The notes beneath the pieces are model-generated. The model saw nothing but the letters and a program-made list of their open reading frames with translations. It was not told the origin of the DNA and did no database searches. A program made the translations under genes and the position numbers. Shown here piece after piece: positions 31,818-42,836 of a stretch of 64,000 nucleotides of DNA; position 1 is the first letter of the stretch, and each line of letters opens with the position of its first letter. The DNA comes from an uncultured cyanobacterium. GTDB lineage: Bacteria > Cyanobacteriota > Cyanobacteriia > Cyanobacteriales > Cyanobacteriaceae. Location of the stretch: contig CAVVOP010000005.1 in NCBI GenBank assembly GCA_963749915.1, positions 352,001 through 416,000 on the forward strand, given 5' to 3'.

Positions 31818-33539
31818 GTGATAGAGATAATGAAAAATCAAGAGATAAACTCTAAAATTACCAAATATTTTCCCATTTTAAGTTGGTTGCCAAAGTACCA
31901 ATTATCTTGGTTACGAGCCGACATAATTGCCGGATTAACTGTTTGGGCAGTAATGGTACCCGAATCCATGGCTTACGCGGGAATTGCTGGTGTTCCACCT
32001 TTGATTGGCTTATATACTGTTCCTTTTCCCTTGTTTTTCTACGCTTTGTTAGGAACATCCCGTCTGATGGTAGTAGGACCTGATTCCGCCACTGCCCTGA
32101 TATCTAGTGTAACAGTGGCAGCTTTGGCAACTTCTGGTTCACAAGAATACTTACTTTTAACATCAGCGATCGCTTTTACGGTCGGGATTCTATTTCTGAT
32201 GTTTGGTTTATTGAAAATGGGATGGGTTGCGAACTTTATTCCCAACCCTGTGATGAAAGCATTTATTCAGGGATTGGTATGGGTGACAATTATTGGTCAG
32301 GTTCCCAAACTTTTAGGAATTGAAGGGGGTTCGGGTAATTTTTGGCAAAGACTCGCCGCAATTATTCGTCATCTTCCCCAGACAAATATTACAACCGCCG
32401 TTATTGGTATTGGTAGTATCGTCATTTTATTTGTCCTCAAGGAATATTTCCCCAAGATTCCTTCTGCTTTAACTACGGCAGTTGTGGCAATTTTAACGGT
32501 TACCTTCTTAGGATTAGAAGACACAGGAGTTGAGTTAATTGGTTCTCTTGATGCCAGCTTACCCCCGTTGAATCTGCCGATGGTTTCTCTGAACCAACTT
32601 CAAGGAATTATTGGTGGTTCATTGGCGATCGTACTCATAGGCTACGCAGAAACCTTGGGTTCAGCTAAGGCAGCAGCGGAAAAAACCGGGGAAGAAATAG
32701 ATCCCAACCAAGAACTAATTAGCTTAGGCCCTGCCAACTTAGCCGCTGGCTTAAGTTCAGGCTTTTTAGTGGTGGGAAGCCTCTCTAAAACCTCAATATC
32801 TATGTCCTCTGGAGGAAAAACTCAGGTATCTTCTATAGTTCATGGGATCTTTGTTTTATTGACCTTATTATTTTTGATGCCCCTCTTTAGCAATCTTCCC
32901 CATGCCACTCTCGCTGCTATTGTTATAGAAGCCATGCTAGGTTTGGCCAACATTAGTTATTTTAAGAACTTACGTCGGCTCGGGAAGATAGAACATGCCG
33001 TTGCCCTCTTAGCGTTTTTTGGCGTACTTTTTGTCGGTGTATTAGAAGGAATCGGTTTGGGGGTTATTGCAGCAATTCTGCTTTTGATTCATCGAGCTAG
33101 TCATCCTGATACTGCTGTTTTAGGACAAATTCCCAACACTCAAATGTATCGTGATCTTGTCCTTCATCCAGAGGCAATTACTTTTCCTGGTTTGTTAATT
33201 TTTCGTTTTGGCAGTAGTTTAATTTTTCCCAATGCCAATTATTTTCGCAGTTCTTTAAAACAGAAAATTCGTGAATCAACCACTCCTGTTAAAACAGTGC
33301 TAATTGATGCAGAAATCATTAACCTAATTGATGCAACTTCATTAGAGATGCTCGGCAAACTGCACTTAGAATTAGCTAAAGAAAATATTGTTTTATCTTG
33401 GGCAAGATTGCGAGATCCTTTATATACAGAGATGCGAAAAGCTGGATTAGTTGAAGAAATAGGAGAAAGCAATTTTTATGACCGAGTTACTGATGGGATC
33501 GAGGCTTTTGTCGCAGCGGTAAAAAAACAACGGTCATGA
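31818..33539 (+). CDS. SulP/SLC26 anion transporter with STAS domain
   Basis: DIIAGLTV, PESMAYA, GLYT, NQELISLG, STAS C-terminus. Confidence 0.93.
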   Translation: MIEIMKNQEINSKITKYFPILSWLPKYQLSWLRADIIAGLTVWAVMVPESMAYAGIAGVPPLIGLYTVPFPLFFYALLGTSRLMVVGPDSATALISSVTVAALATSGSQEYLLLTSAIAFTVGILFLMFGLLKMGWVANFIPNPVMKAFIQGLVWVTIIGQVPKLLGIEGGSGNFWQRLAAIIRHLPQTNITTAVIGIGSIVILFVLKEYFPKIPSALTTAVVAILTVTFLGLEDTGVELIGSLDASLPPLNLPMVSLNQLQGIIGGSLAIVLIGYAETLGSAKAAAEKTGEEIDPNQELISLGPANLAAGLSSGFLVVGSLSKTSISMSSGGKTQVSSIVHGIFVLLTLLFLMPLFSNLPHATLAAIVIEAMLGLANISYFKNLRRLGKIEHAVALLAFFGVLFVGVLEGIGLGVIAAILLLIHRASHPDTAVLGQIPNTQMYRDLVLHPEAITFPGLLIFRFGSSLIFPNANYFRSSLKQKIRESTTPVKTVLIDAEIINLIDATSLEMLGKLHLELAKENIVLSWARLRDPLYTEMRKAGLVEEIGESNFYDRVTDGIEAFVAAVKKQRS

Positions 33540-33542
33540 AGT

Positions 33543-35366
33543 ATGAATCTAAAAGCGATCGCCTTAGAAGCAAATCAGCTCCTTAATCAGCAATTTATAA
33601 ACCTTAATCATATTTATCTAATGTTTATGCACACAGATAGTTTTATTAATTTACTTACTGCTATGTTTAGGAAAAAAAACTCTCTTGCGAAGATTTGTCT
33701 ACAAATTTTTGGTTTGTGTAGTCTTGGTATCTTAACGACACTTAATGTCTCATTACCTGTTAATTCTGCTGAAGAAATTGATTTTGTTTATAGTCCCATT
33801 AAAGAAACTCTCAAGGTGAGCTCTTTGGAAAAATTTGTTCAAGACGGAACCATCGACGAAAATCTGGCTTTTTATCTGAATATTGCTAAGCCAAGTGAAG
33901 AAGAAAAAGAACTGTTCCGTAAACTATTAACCAAAAAAATAGATATCGATCCGATTCTTCTCTCCCGTTTACTCAAAACCGATGAAGGGGATCGTCTCTT
34001 AACTTTTTTTGGCGATATTATCATCAATATTCAAGGAGGAAGTAGTGGCAAAATTGCTCTCAGAGGTGCAATTGCTTCTGCCGCTTTGGATCAAGAAGAA
34101 GGTTTAACCTTACTCAATTTTTTACGAAATTTATCTGTAGATGTACAAATTGATGTCAGAAAAGCGATCGCTTTTGCTAAAGATATTGATATTGTGGTAG
34201 ATGGGAGTAAAAAGTTTGTTGATAAAGTAGCTCAACTATCAGCCCAAGAAGGTCAACAAAGTCCGAAGATTGATTTTGCCCAGTTACCTGATTTACGCCA
34301 ACCAGGCAAATTTGCTGTAGAGGAAAAAACTTGGAATTTGAATGATACTAAACGTAATCGTAAGTTTTATGTCAAGGTCTATCAACCTAAACAGTGGCGA
34401 GAAGGAAAAACTCCCGTGGTGATCGCTTCTCATGGTCTAGCAGCTAAACCAAGTGACTATGCGGAAAAACTTAAACATTTGGTTAGTTATGGCTTTGTGG
34501 TGGTAGCACCTCAACATATTGGCAGTGATCATATCTACGCCCAAGAATTTAAAGAAGGTTACTATCAGGATCTTTCCGATATTAATGAATTTATTAATCG
34601 TCCTCTTGATATTAGTTTCACTTTGGATGAATTAGAACGACGTAATCAAAGTGAATTTGAGGGCAGGTTAGACTTAGATAATGTCGGTATGTATGGTCAT
34701 TCCTATGGTGGTTATACCGCATTAGCGATCGCAGGTGCAACTCCAGCGATTAATTTTGAACAGTTAGCAAGAGATTGTGGTAAGCAAATTCATCAATTAA
34801 ATACATCTTTACTATTACAGTGTCGGGCATCAAAATTAGAGCCTAAAAGCTATGATTTTCGAGATAAAAGAGTTAAAGCAGTAATTGCTTCAAATCCAGT
34901 TAATGCCAGTATTTTTGGTGAAAAAGGCTTAAGTCACATTCAAATTCCCATTGCCATAGGTGCGGGCAATTATGACCCCGCTACGCCGTTTATCTTCGAG
35001 CAAGTACGTACTTTTCCCTGGATTACTTCCCCTCAAAGATATCTAGTCTTGGAAGAAGGACAAGCCCATGTGGATATTTCAGAACTCGATGCAGGAGCTT
35101 CCAAATTGCTCAAAGCTATTCCTGATTTACACTTAGCGAGTCCAGAATTGCTGAGTGAATATTCTAAATCATTGATGTTGGCATTTTATGAAGTTCATAT
35201 CGCCCAAAACTCCGATTATCTTCCTTACCTCAATCCTTCTTATTCTGCTTATCTCAGTGAAGGAGAAGAGTTTAAAGCTTTTATGATTACAGGAGCCTCC
35301 ACAGATGAATTAGTTGAGGCATTCAATAAATTTAAACAAGAAAATCAACTTGGTACTACTAAATAA
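33543..35366 (+). CDS. DUF1400 + alpha/beta hydrolase
   Basis: AEEIDFVY N-domain, SHGL, RPLDISFTLDEL, GHSYGG; true start probably downstream. Confidence 0.88.
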   Translation: MNLKAIALEANQLLNQQFINLNHIYLMFMHTDSFINLLTAMFRKKNSLAKICLQIFGLCSLGILTTLNVSLPVNSAEEIDFVYSPIKETLKVSSLEKFVQDGTIDENLAFYLNIAKPSEEEKELFRKLLTKKIDIDPILLSRLLKTDEGDRLLTFFGDIIINIQGGSSGKIALRGAIASAALDQEEGLTLLNFLRNLSVDVQIDVRKAIAFAKDIDIVVDGSKKFVDKVAQLSAQEGQQSPKIDFAQLPDLRQPGKFAVEEKTWNLNDTKRNRKFYVKVYQPKQWREGKTPVVIASHGLAAKPSDYAEKLKHLVSYGFVVVAPQHIGSDHIYAQEFKEGYYQDLSDINEFINRPLDISFTLDELERRNQSEFEGRLDLDNVGMYGHSYGGYTALAIAGATPAINFEQLARDCGKQIHQLNTSLLLQCRASKLEPKSYDFRDKRVKAVIASNPVNASIFGEKGLSHIQIPIAIGAGNYDPATPFIFEQVRTFPWITSPQRYLVLEEGQAHVDISELDAGASKLLKAIPDLHLASPELLSEYSKSLMLAFYEVHIAQNSDYLPYLNPSYSAYLSEGEEFKAFMITGASTDELVEAFNKFKQENQLGTTK

Positions 35367-35369
35367 AAT

Positions 35370-36638
35370 ATGAAAACTCATTCTTATTGGCTTGATACCC
35401 TGGAAAATCCTATTTCTGCTCCTGAAACAGAACTTCCACAGGAAACAGACTTAGTTATTGTTGGGGCGGGAATTACCGGACTAACCACGGCAATTTTTAC
35501 CGCCAAAGCAGGGATAAATGTTACCATTATCGAGAAAAATCAAGTAGGATATGGTGCTAGTACTCGTAATGGAGGTCAAACCTTAGCGGGGTTAAAGTTA
35601 TCTCCTGGTGCTTTAGTCAAACAATACGGAAAAGATCAAGCCGTCGCCTTTTATCAAGAAACATTAAAAGCTATTGATGGCTTAGAACAATTCCTCACAA
35701 AACATCAAATCCAATGTGATTTTAGTCGAGCAGGAGGATTATGGGCGGCTTGCACTCCCGGACATTATAACGGCTTTGCTGCGGCACAAAAGCTGCTAGC
35801 AGAAGTTTATCAGCACGAAACCACCTTAGTTAGCCCAGAAAATCTGCGACAAGAACTAGGGACAAACTATTATCAGGGAGGATTATTAGATCCTCTCAGT
35901 GGGGGACTTAATCCAGCGAAATATGTACAAGGATTAATGAAGGTTGCTTTAGAATCTGGAGTTAAAATCGTCGCCAAAACCGAAGTTAACAGTATTCAGA
36001 AGCGTCAAGACAGTGGATTTGCAGTGGAGACTTCCCAAGGAAAGATTGTGACGGATAAGATTGCCATTGCTACTAATGGTTATACTCCAGACTTCCTCAG
36101 GGCGATTCGCCGTCGTGTTATCCCTATTGGCAGTTATATTATTGCCACAGAACAACTAGATGAAAATATAGCAAAGGAATTAATTATCAATAACCGTTTG
36201 GTATTTGATTCCAAAAAATATCTCCATTATTTTCGCGTCTATGATCGCCGTTTGATTTTTGGTGGTAGAGCCAGTTATGTAGAAATTGATCCCATAGTTT
36301 CAGCTAAACGTATGATTCCTCAAATGCAGGCTATTTTTCCCCAATTAGAGAAGGTGGAAATTGAATATTCTTGGGTCGGATATGTAGGATTTACCTTCGA
36401 TCAAATGCCTCATCTCGGTCAAATGGGTGATGTTTACTACAGTATGGGTTATTGTGGTCATGGAGTGGCTAATGCTTTCCATTTTGGACGTAATTTGGCG
36501 GATTTAATCTTAGAAAAACCGACTGACTTTCCTTTTCTTAATCTCAAAACTCCCAGCAATCCTTTATACTATAATCGGGCTTGGTTTCTACCTATTGTAG
36601 GAGCTTGGTACAAACTCAAAGATGTTTTGGCGAGCTAA
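35370..36638 (+). CDS. FAD-dependent oxidoreductase (PuuB/DadA family)
   Basis: SYW, GAGITG, GASTRNGG, GYCGHGV. Confidence 0.88.
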   Translation: MKTHSYWLDTLENPISAPETELPQETDLVIVGAGITGLTTAIFTAKAGINVTIIEKNQVGYGASTRNGGQTLAGLKLSPGALVKQYGKDQAVAFYQETLKAIDGLEQFLTKHQIQCDFSRAGGLWAACTPGHYNGFAAAQKLLAEVYQHETTLVSPENLRQELGTNYYQGGLLDPLSGGLNPAKYVQGLMKVALESGVKIVAKTEVNSIQKRQDSGFAVETSQGKIVTDKIAIATNGYTPDFLRAIRRRVIPIGSYIIATEQLDENIAKELIINNRLVFDSKKYLHYFRVYDRRLIFGGRASYVEIDPIVSAKRMIPQMQAIFPQLEKVEIEYSWVGYVGFTFDQMPHLGQMGDVYYSMGYCGHGVANAFHFGRNLADLILEKPTDFPFLNLKTPSNPLYYNRAWFLPIVGAWYKLKDVLAS

Positions 36639-36699
36639 CAGTAATCGTTGAAGATATCTATGATAATAATTTCCAATCAATAAAAATATCGTAATTTTC

Positions 36700-36948
36700 A
36701 TGAGTCTTTATAGATTATTAAAAATTTTATTGATTATTTATTTGTCTTTAAATCCTATTACTGTTAAAGCACAAATCAAAGAAGAACAAATCACTAACAA
36801 TCAATCAGCTAATTCGTCAAAACTAAAAGTAGGAGTAGCTGGTGAACCTCTTGGAGTAATAGTCAAATTTGATGACAAGAATGATCAAACAGCCACAGGA
36901 GTAAGCATAGAAGTGTGGGAAAAATTGGCAGAAGAATTAAATTTAGAA
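36700..36948 (+). pseudogene. N-terminus of an extracellular solute-binding (SBP family 3) protein, truncated by IS1634 copy 2
   Basis: Signal peptide, LKVGVAGEP, GVSIEVWEKLAEELNL, then reads into the IS IR. Confidence 0.7.
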
Positions 36949-39046
36949 CCCACATTCCGCACGTCACTTTGTAAGATGATAAAAGTATTAAAACCAAGCA
37001 ACTTATTTTGGACAAAATATAAGTAATAATACTCAATATCTTCTTTATTCGCGTTTTGTACTTGCGAACTTTGCTCAAATTAAAATCTCATTGTCAATAA
37101 CTTCACCTTTAATGAGAATAAATAAACAGAGCAAATCTATCAGTTTTCTCTTCTTTATTTATGGTATTATAATTGAGAATGTTTAGACTCTTAAATCCCA
37201 TAAGTTATCCAGATAAAATATAATAATTATGACAAGAAATCGGGAAAAAACTTAAAATTAGTTTTCGTTCATTTGTTAGATTTACTATCTGTTTTATTCC
37301 TTGATTTATTACTAAATGAATCCCCTGAAAACATTGAAATATCCATCTTAACGTTGGACGTTCCGTTAGTTTTCCTAGCTGATTTTTTATCCCCGTTTTT
37401 CTCTCCTCTAATAAGCGACGCACTTCTCTTTGCCCCAAAGAATAGACTAACAGACATAACCCCATCAACATTGCCATTGTTTCGATTCTTTTTGGGGTTT
37501 TTAAAAACACACTATCGGCAAAAAATAATGGATCTTTCAGAAAACTAAAACCTCTTTCTGCGGCTTGTTGCTCTTTATACTTAATTAAAATTTCATCAGA
37601 ATTAAATTTACTTTTATCCAATCTATTTGTAGCTAACACAAATCTTCCTGCTCTTTTTTTTGATTCGTTTATTTTCGTTAAATCTGATTTCAAAATAGCC
37701 GTAACTTGATAAGTTTTTCCCGATTTTTCTTCTTTCTTTTTCGATTTTTTCTTGTGATTATTTAACTCACTTTCTGTCATTTTTAGCTCGGTTATGTGAT
37801 GATATTTTAAAGTCTTATTTAGTCTCACAACTGTTTCATAAGCTCCCTCTGATGAGCTAAATTCTTCTTTCATCAATTTCTTTAATATTTCTTCGGTTTT
37901 TTCTTTTTCTTTCTCTATTTTTTCCCTTAGTTTTTCTAGCTCTGATACTTTTCTTTTTTCACTTTCTACTATTAACCATCTTTGCTCAATTTCTGCATAA
38001 TTATTCCTTACTTCATACCATAAATATCCCTCTAAACTACTTGGAGTCAAATCAGATTCTGATAGTTCTGAAACTAAATTTTTTGCCTCTTTTATTGATA
38101 GTGGCACTCTCGATAACCATTCTATTCCACTCATTAATTTCAGGTTATTTTCTGTATATAAGGCACTATCACCCACTATCATCGTCTCAAAATCTATCAT
38201 TGATTTGTATTCTTTCGCTATTTTGCCGAAAACTGCTTTATCATTTTCATTGCCATCTGCTACTCTTAAAAATAAAGGAATATCACCATCACTACTCACA
38301 ATTAAATCCAAAATAAATTGTTTTAAATCTGGTCGATGGTCACGGGAATAACCTTTAATTATCCTAATTGGAATTTGATTAATTAACTCTAATTCTGCAT
38401 TTTCTTTCACCAAATTTTTGGTGATTTTTTCCTGACTATATTTCCCCTCTACCGCAAAAGAAGTTGAATCTAAATGAGAAAAATCTATGTTGATATTATA
38501 TTTTTTTACTGTGGCTAAAGCAATAATTAAAAATAATGAAGATAATCCTTTTTCATAAAGTTTATCCATTATTCTTCCAATTCTATCATCGTTCAAATGC
38601 TCAGGTAGTATTCCTTTTCCGATTAAATGTTCTGTGGCTTTGTCTTTAAAAAACTGTGGAAATAGATAAAGAGGTCGAGAAATAAATCCTAATCCGTTCA
38701 GAATAATTGCTTTGACTATTTGACCTGCTGTCACGATTTCCCTCTCGTCAATACCGAGGGCATCATTAATAATTTCTTCAATGCCAATTTCATCTATAAC
38801 TCCAGCAATTAATCCTAAATGATTAATGGTTTGAACTTGTATATCTTCTGAAAACATCATTTCCAAAATTAAATTAAAAACTGAATTTAATTATCCCTTA
38901 AACGTTGCTCATTTTTCTACTAATTTATCTGAGTTCTCTTGATAAGCTAGAGAACTAATCACCGAGTATTTCTTGTCGTAGTCAATCACTGTTCAACCTC
39001 TAACCTCGTAATCTGAATTTATACAGTTTGACGTGCGGAATGTGGG
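36949..39046 (-). mobile_element. IS1634-family element, copy 2 (apparently intact)
   Basis: Perfect IRs CCCACATTCCGCACGTCA at both ends; uninterrupted 553-aa ORF. Confidence 0.95.
37205..38866 (-). CDS. IS1634 DDE transposase
   Basis: HLDSTSF, GYSRDHRPDLKQ, GDSALY, ERGFSFLKDP. Confidence 0.93.
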   Translation of the reverse strand: MEMMFSEDIQVQTINHLGLIAGVIDEIGIEEIINDALGIDEREIVTAGQIVKAIILNGLGFISRPLYLFPQFFKDKATEHLIGKGILPEHLNDDRIGRIMDKLYEKGLSSLFLIIALATVKKYNINIDFSHLDSTSFAVEGKYSQEKITKNLVKENAELELINQIPIRIIKGYSRDHRPDLKQFILDLIVSSDGDIPLFLRVADGNENDKAVFGKIAKEYKSMIDFETMIVGDSALYTENNLKLMSGIEWLSRVPLSIKEAKNLVSELSESDLTPSSLEGYLWYEVRNNYAEIEQRWLIVESEKRKVSELEKLREKIEKEKEKTEEILKKLMKEEFSSSEGAYETVVRLNKTLKYHHITELKMTESELNNHKKKSKKKEEKSGKTYQVTAILKSDLTKINESKKRAGRFVLATNRLDKSKFNSDEILIKYKEQQAAERGFSFLKDPLFFADSVFLKTPKRIETMAMLMGLCLLVYSLGQREVRRLLEERKTGIKNQLGKLTERPTLRWIFQCFQGIHLVINQGIKQIVNLTNERKLILSFFPISCHNYYILSG

Positions 39047-39627
39047 TTTTAAGTAAATCTGCCTGTAAATATCAGGAAATGGTAGATAAGACGCGATCGC
39101 ATTTTCCTAAATTTTGGTACGAAGAGGGTGGTTATTGTTACGACGTAATTGATTCTCCTGATGGCAATGATCCCAGTTTTCGCCCCAATCAAATTTTCGC
39201 CGTGTCATTACCTTCAATGGTTTTGGACACAAGCCTTGCACCCCTACAACCAGAACAACAAAAAATGGTAGTAGATAAGGTAGGACAAAAATTACTTACT
39301 TCTTATGGATTGCGATCGCTATCAACGCAACACCCCGATTATGTGGGAATCTATGGCGGAAACCAATTACAAAGAGATGGTAGTTATCATCAGGGTACTA
39401 CTTGGGCTTGGTTAATCGGTCATTTTATTCAAGCTCATCTACAAGTTTATCACCATCCCGAACTAGCCCGTAGTTTCCTTTTACCAATGGCTAATCATTT
39501 ACAGGATGGTTGTATCGGCAGCATCAGCGAAATTTTTGACGGGGATGCACCATTTATCCCCAGAGGTTGCTTTGCCCAAGCTTGGAGTGTAGCCGAGGTG
39601 CTAAGGGGGTGGCTATTGACCAATTAA
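39047..39627 (+). pseudogene. C-terminal fragment of amylo-alpha-1,6-glucosidase (GDE_C), 5' end removed at the IS
   Basis: RPNQIFAVSL, GLRSL, YHQGTTWAWL, SEIFDG, AQAWSVAE. Confidence 0.88.
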
Positions 39628-39651
39628 ATGTGATACACCCCTCATCCCAAG

Positions 39652-39835
39652 GGGCTACGTACACAAGTCATTAATAATTGCCCAGTCTCGTTTAGATTAG
39701 ATTAGATCCCCCCTAGCCCCCCTTCAAAAGGGAAGTAGAGTCAAAGTCCCCCTTATTAAGGGGGATTAAGGGGGATTTAGGGGGATCGAGGAGCATTTCG
39801 CTCCTTAACCTCCAGATATGTGTACACGGTAGCCC
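39652..39835. mobile_element. MITE-like element carrying nested GC-rich REP-like hairpins
   Basis: IRs GGGCTAC..GTACACA / TGTGTACACGGTAGCCC; CCCAAGGGG repeated at 39646 and 39833; internal GATCCCCC..GGGGGATC stems. Confidence 0.7.
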
Positions 39836-39974
39836 AAGGGGAGAGGGGGAAAGAATAGTTTTTGTTTTTTATCAATGCCTAAGTCCTACAAGAGTTTCTA
39901 TTGAAATCTTCGTAAAAAAAAGTTCTTAGCTAAAAACTTTTTCAATTCATGCTCATTAAATAGGTAAATTAACC

Positions 39975-41060
39975 ATGAAAAAGCAATTAATAAAAGGTTT
40001 CTCTTTATTCTTTTTGACTACTTTTATTTTTACTACCATTAATGTAAACCATCCAACTGTTAGTCAAAATGTACCTAATCTAAATAATATTACTGCTCAA
40101 AATAAAACTACTGCCTTTTTATCCCCTGTTAAAGAGGTAGAGTCAGCAGGAATAACAGTCGATGATATGGAAAAAGCGATCGCATTTTATTCCGAAGTGC
40201 TATCTTTTCAGAAGATTTCTGATGTGGAAGTTTGGGGTAGTGAATACGAACATCTACAAGGTTTATTTGGGATTAGAATGCGGGTAGTAAGGATGCAATT
40301 AGGTGAGGAAGTTTTGGAATTAACCGAATATTTAACCCCTAAAGGTAAACCAATGTCCGTTGATTCTCGGAGTAACGATCGCACTTTTCAACACATTGCT
40401 ATTGTTGTCAGCGATATGGATCAAGCTTATCAGCATTTAAGAGAAAATAAGGTACAGCAAGTTTCTACTGCACCCCAACGTTTACCAGAATACCTAACAG
40501 CAGCAGCAGGAATTGAAGCGTTTTACTTCCGCGATCCTGATGGACATAATCTTGAGATTATTCACTTTCCTGATGGTAAAGGCGATCCGAGATGGCAAAG
40601 TCCGACAGATAAATTATTTTTAGGTATCGATCATACTGCGATCGCCATTGCTAATACCCCCGCTAGTCTTAATTTCTATCAAGATTTATTAGGACTACAA
40701 CTGAAAGGAGAAAGCACAAATTATGGCAATGAACAAGAACACCTAAACAATGTCTTTGGTGCGAGGTTACATATTAGTAGTTTAAAAGCATCAAAAGGAA
40801 TTGGCATTGAGTTTTTAGAATACCTGACACCTAGAGATGGAAAACCTTTTCCTCTTGATGAACGTGCTAATGATTTAATTCACTGGCAAACTACTTTAAT
40901 AGTTGATAATGTAGAAAACCTAGCACAACATCTGGAAAATCAAGGTTATAGTTTAGTTTCTTCTGGAGTAGTAACACTGGGCGATTCCAAATTGGGATTT
41001 AAGAAAGGTTTTTTAGTTCGCGATCCTGATGGTCATGTCTTGCGAATCATTGAAAAATAA
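39975..41060 (+). CDS. Secreted tandem VOC/glyoxalase-domain protein
   Basis: Signal peptide; FYSEVL, QHIAIVVSD, YFRDPDGHNLE, RDPDGH. Confidence 0.88.
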   Translation: MKKQLIKGFSLFFLTTFIFTTINVNHPTVSQNVPNLNNITAQNKTTAFLSPVKEVESAGITVDDMEKAIAFYSEVLSFQKISDVEVWGSEYEHLQGLFGIRMRVVRMQLGEEVLELTEYLTPKGKPMSVDSRSNDRTFQHIAIVVSDMDQAYQHLRENKVQQVSTAPQRLPEYLTAAAGIEAFYFRDPDGHNLEIIHFPDGKGDPRWQSPTDKLFLGIDHTAIAIANTPASLNFYQDLLGLQLKGESTNYGNEQEHLNNVFGARLHISSLKASKGIGIEFLEYLTPRDGKPFPLDERANDLIHWQTTLIVDNVENLAQHLENQGYSLVSSGVVTLGDSKLGFKKGFLVRDPDGHVLRIIEK

Positions 41061-41088
41061 TACTATACAGTTTAATTGACGAACTTCT

Positions 41089-42789
41089 ATGTTTAAGCGT
41101 CATTATGTCTTGCTCCGCTTCATAATTATAGTAGTAAGTGGTTTCCTCGTCACCCTACTTGTATCATGTATTGCTGTTAATGCTCAATTACCTTCTAATA
41201 AGGAACAGATTGGCAGTTCCCCTAGTACAACTATCGGTACGCAGGAAATTATCACCATGACACCCGTAAAACTCGATGGTAGAACTTTATTTACCATCGC
41301 CGGGATGAGGGCTAATGATAGCAAAACAAGCGAACCGTTAGACAATCGTGCTGAATTTATCGAAGACTCTTTATATAAGTTACTAAAAGAAGATTTTGAG
41401 CCAGAAAGCTTAAGAGTTGAAGTACACGATAAAGGAGATCATACCAAAATTGTCGCCTCTGACAATGACAAGCTTAAGGATGTACCCTTATTTATCCTCA
41501 CTCCCTTAGATGCACGGGTAGCTGGATTTACCTTAGAAGAATCCTCTAACTACATTGCCAAAGTAACTCAGAAAGCACTCAAACAAGCATGGCAAGAAAG
41601 ACAACCAAACTATCTCAGACGACAAGCAAGGTTAGCAGGGATTTTAATTTTAAGTGCGATCGCCTTAAGTACAATGATCTGGCTTTTACAAAAGCAACTC
41701 AAAAAAAGAGAAGTAGCTTTAAGAGAGCAAAAAATCTCCTGCGATCGCCAAATGACAGCCAATATGATGGCTGTGGGGACGGATGAAGAGGAGGTAAGTT
41801 CTACTGGATATTGTCACGAACTAGCAACAGAACAACTCCATAATCGTCGGATGCTTAGTAGTCAAGGTTTGCAAACTTACCTACTACAAGTGACTCAGGT
41901 TGCAATTTGGCTTGGGGTTATTGCTCTAATCTTGGGACTATTTCCTTTTACTCGTGCTTGGGAGTGGACTGTCTTAGAATTACCTTTATTATTGGGTATT
42001 TTAGTAATTGCGATCGCCACGGCTAAAGGAAGTGGTATTTTAGTGGATCGAACCTTAGAAAAATGGCTACAACATCGTCAAACTCTTTCCCCAGAGCAAC
42101 TAGAAAGATGGTTACTTCGGGCTGATAGTTTTGCCCCTATTATCAAAGGCGCGACCGCAACTATTTTAATTACAGCAGCAATTTTATTAGTTTTATCTCG
42201 ATTGGGTATTCCTTTAACTCCCATACTAGCAGGGGCAGGAATCCTCAGTTTAGCCATTTCCCTTGGTTCTCAGCGATTAATAGCCGATTTAATTAGCGGT
42301 ACGTTGATTTTAATGGAAGATCAATATGCGATCGGCGATTTTGTTGCTCTTAACGACAATACTTTTGGCAGGGCGGAACGTCTCAACTTACGTTCAACCT
42401 CTTTGCGTAACCGACAAGGTAATTTAATTACTCTGTCTAATAGTGATATTAAACAAGTTAATAATCTCTCAAAAGATTGGGCGCGGGCAAAATTATATAT
42501 TCCAGTTCATTCTAGTGCTGATGTGGATCGCACCATTGAAGTTATCCAGCAAATAATTGACGAAATGAAAGCCGATAATTTCTGGAGTGAGTTAATTCAA
42601 GAAGCAGAAGTACGAGGAGTTGAAGACATTGATGGTTATGGTTTTACCATTGGTGTGCGCTTTCAAACTAAACCGGGGGTATTTCGTAAAGTGATTCGCG
42701 AATGTCGTCGTCGTCTTAAACCTGCTTTTGACAAGGCTAATATCCAGTTTGCCGAACGCCCGACTTATCCGTCAGCGCAAAATCAATAA
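41089..42789 (+). CDS. MscS-family mechanosensitive channel with periplasmic N-domain
   Basis: LAGAGILSLAISLGSQ, EDQYAIGD, NLSKDW. Confidence 0.9.
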   Translation: MFKRHYVLLRFIIIVVSGFLVTLLVSCIAVNAQLPSNKEQIGSSPSTTIGTQEIITMTPVKLDGRTLFTIAGMRANDSKTSEPLDNRAEFIEDSLYKLLKEDFEPESLRVEVHDKGDHTKIVASDNDKLKDVPLFILTPLDARVAGFTLEESSNYIAKVTQKALKQAWQERQPNYLRRQARLAGILILSAIALSTMIWLLQKQLKKREVALREQKISCDRQMTANMMAVGTDEEEVSSTGYCHELATEQLHNRRMLSSQGLQTYLLQVTQVAIWLGVIALILGLFPFTRAWEWTVLELPLLLGILVIAIATAKGSGILVDRTLEKWLQHRQTLSPEQLERWLLRADSFAPIIKGATATILITAAILLVLSRLGIPLTPILAGAGILSLAISLGSQRLIADLISGTLILMEDQYAIGDFVALNDNTFGRAERLNLRSTSLRNRQGNLITLSNSDIKQVNNLSKDWARAKLYIPVHSSADVDRTIEVIQQIIDEMKADNFWSELIQEAEVRGVEDIDGYGFTIGVRFQTKPGVFRKVIRECRRRLKPAFDKANIQFAERPTYPSAQNQ

Positions 42790-42836
42790 TTGAAAATAAA
42801 GTCAGATATTAAAAACAATTTAATGGATCACAACCA

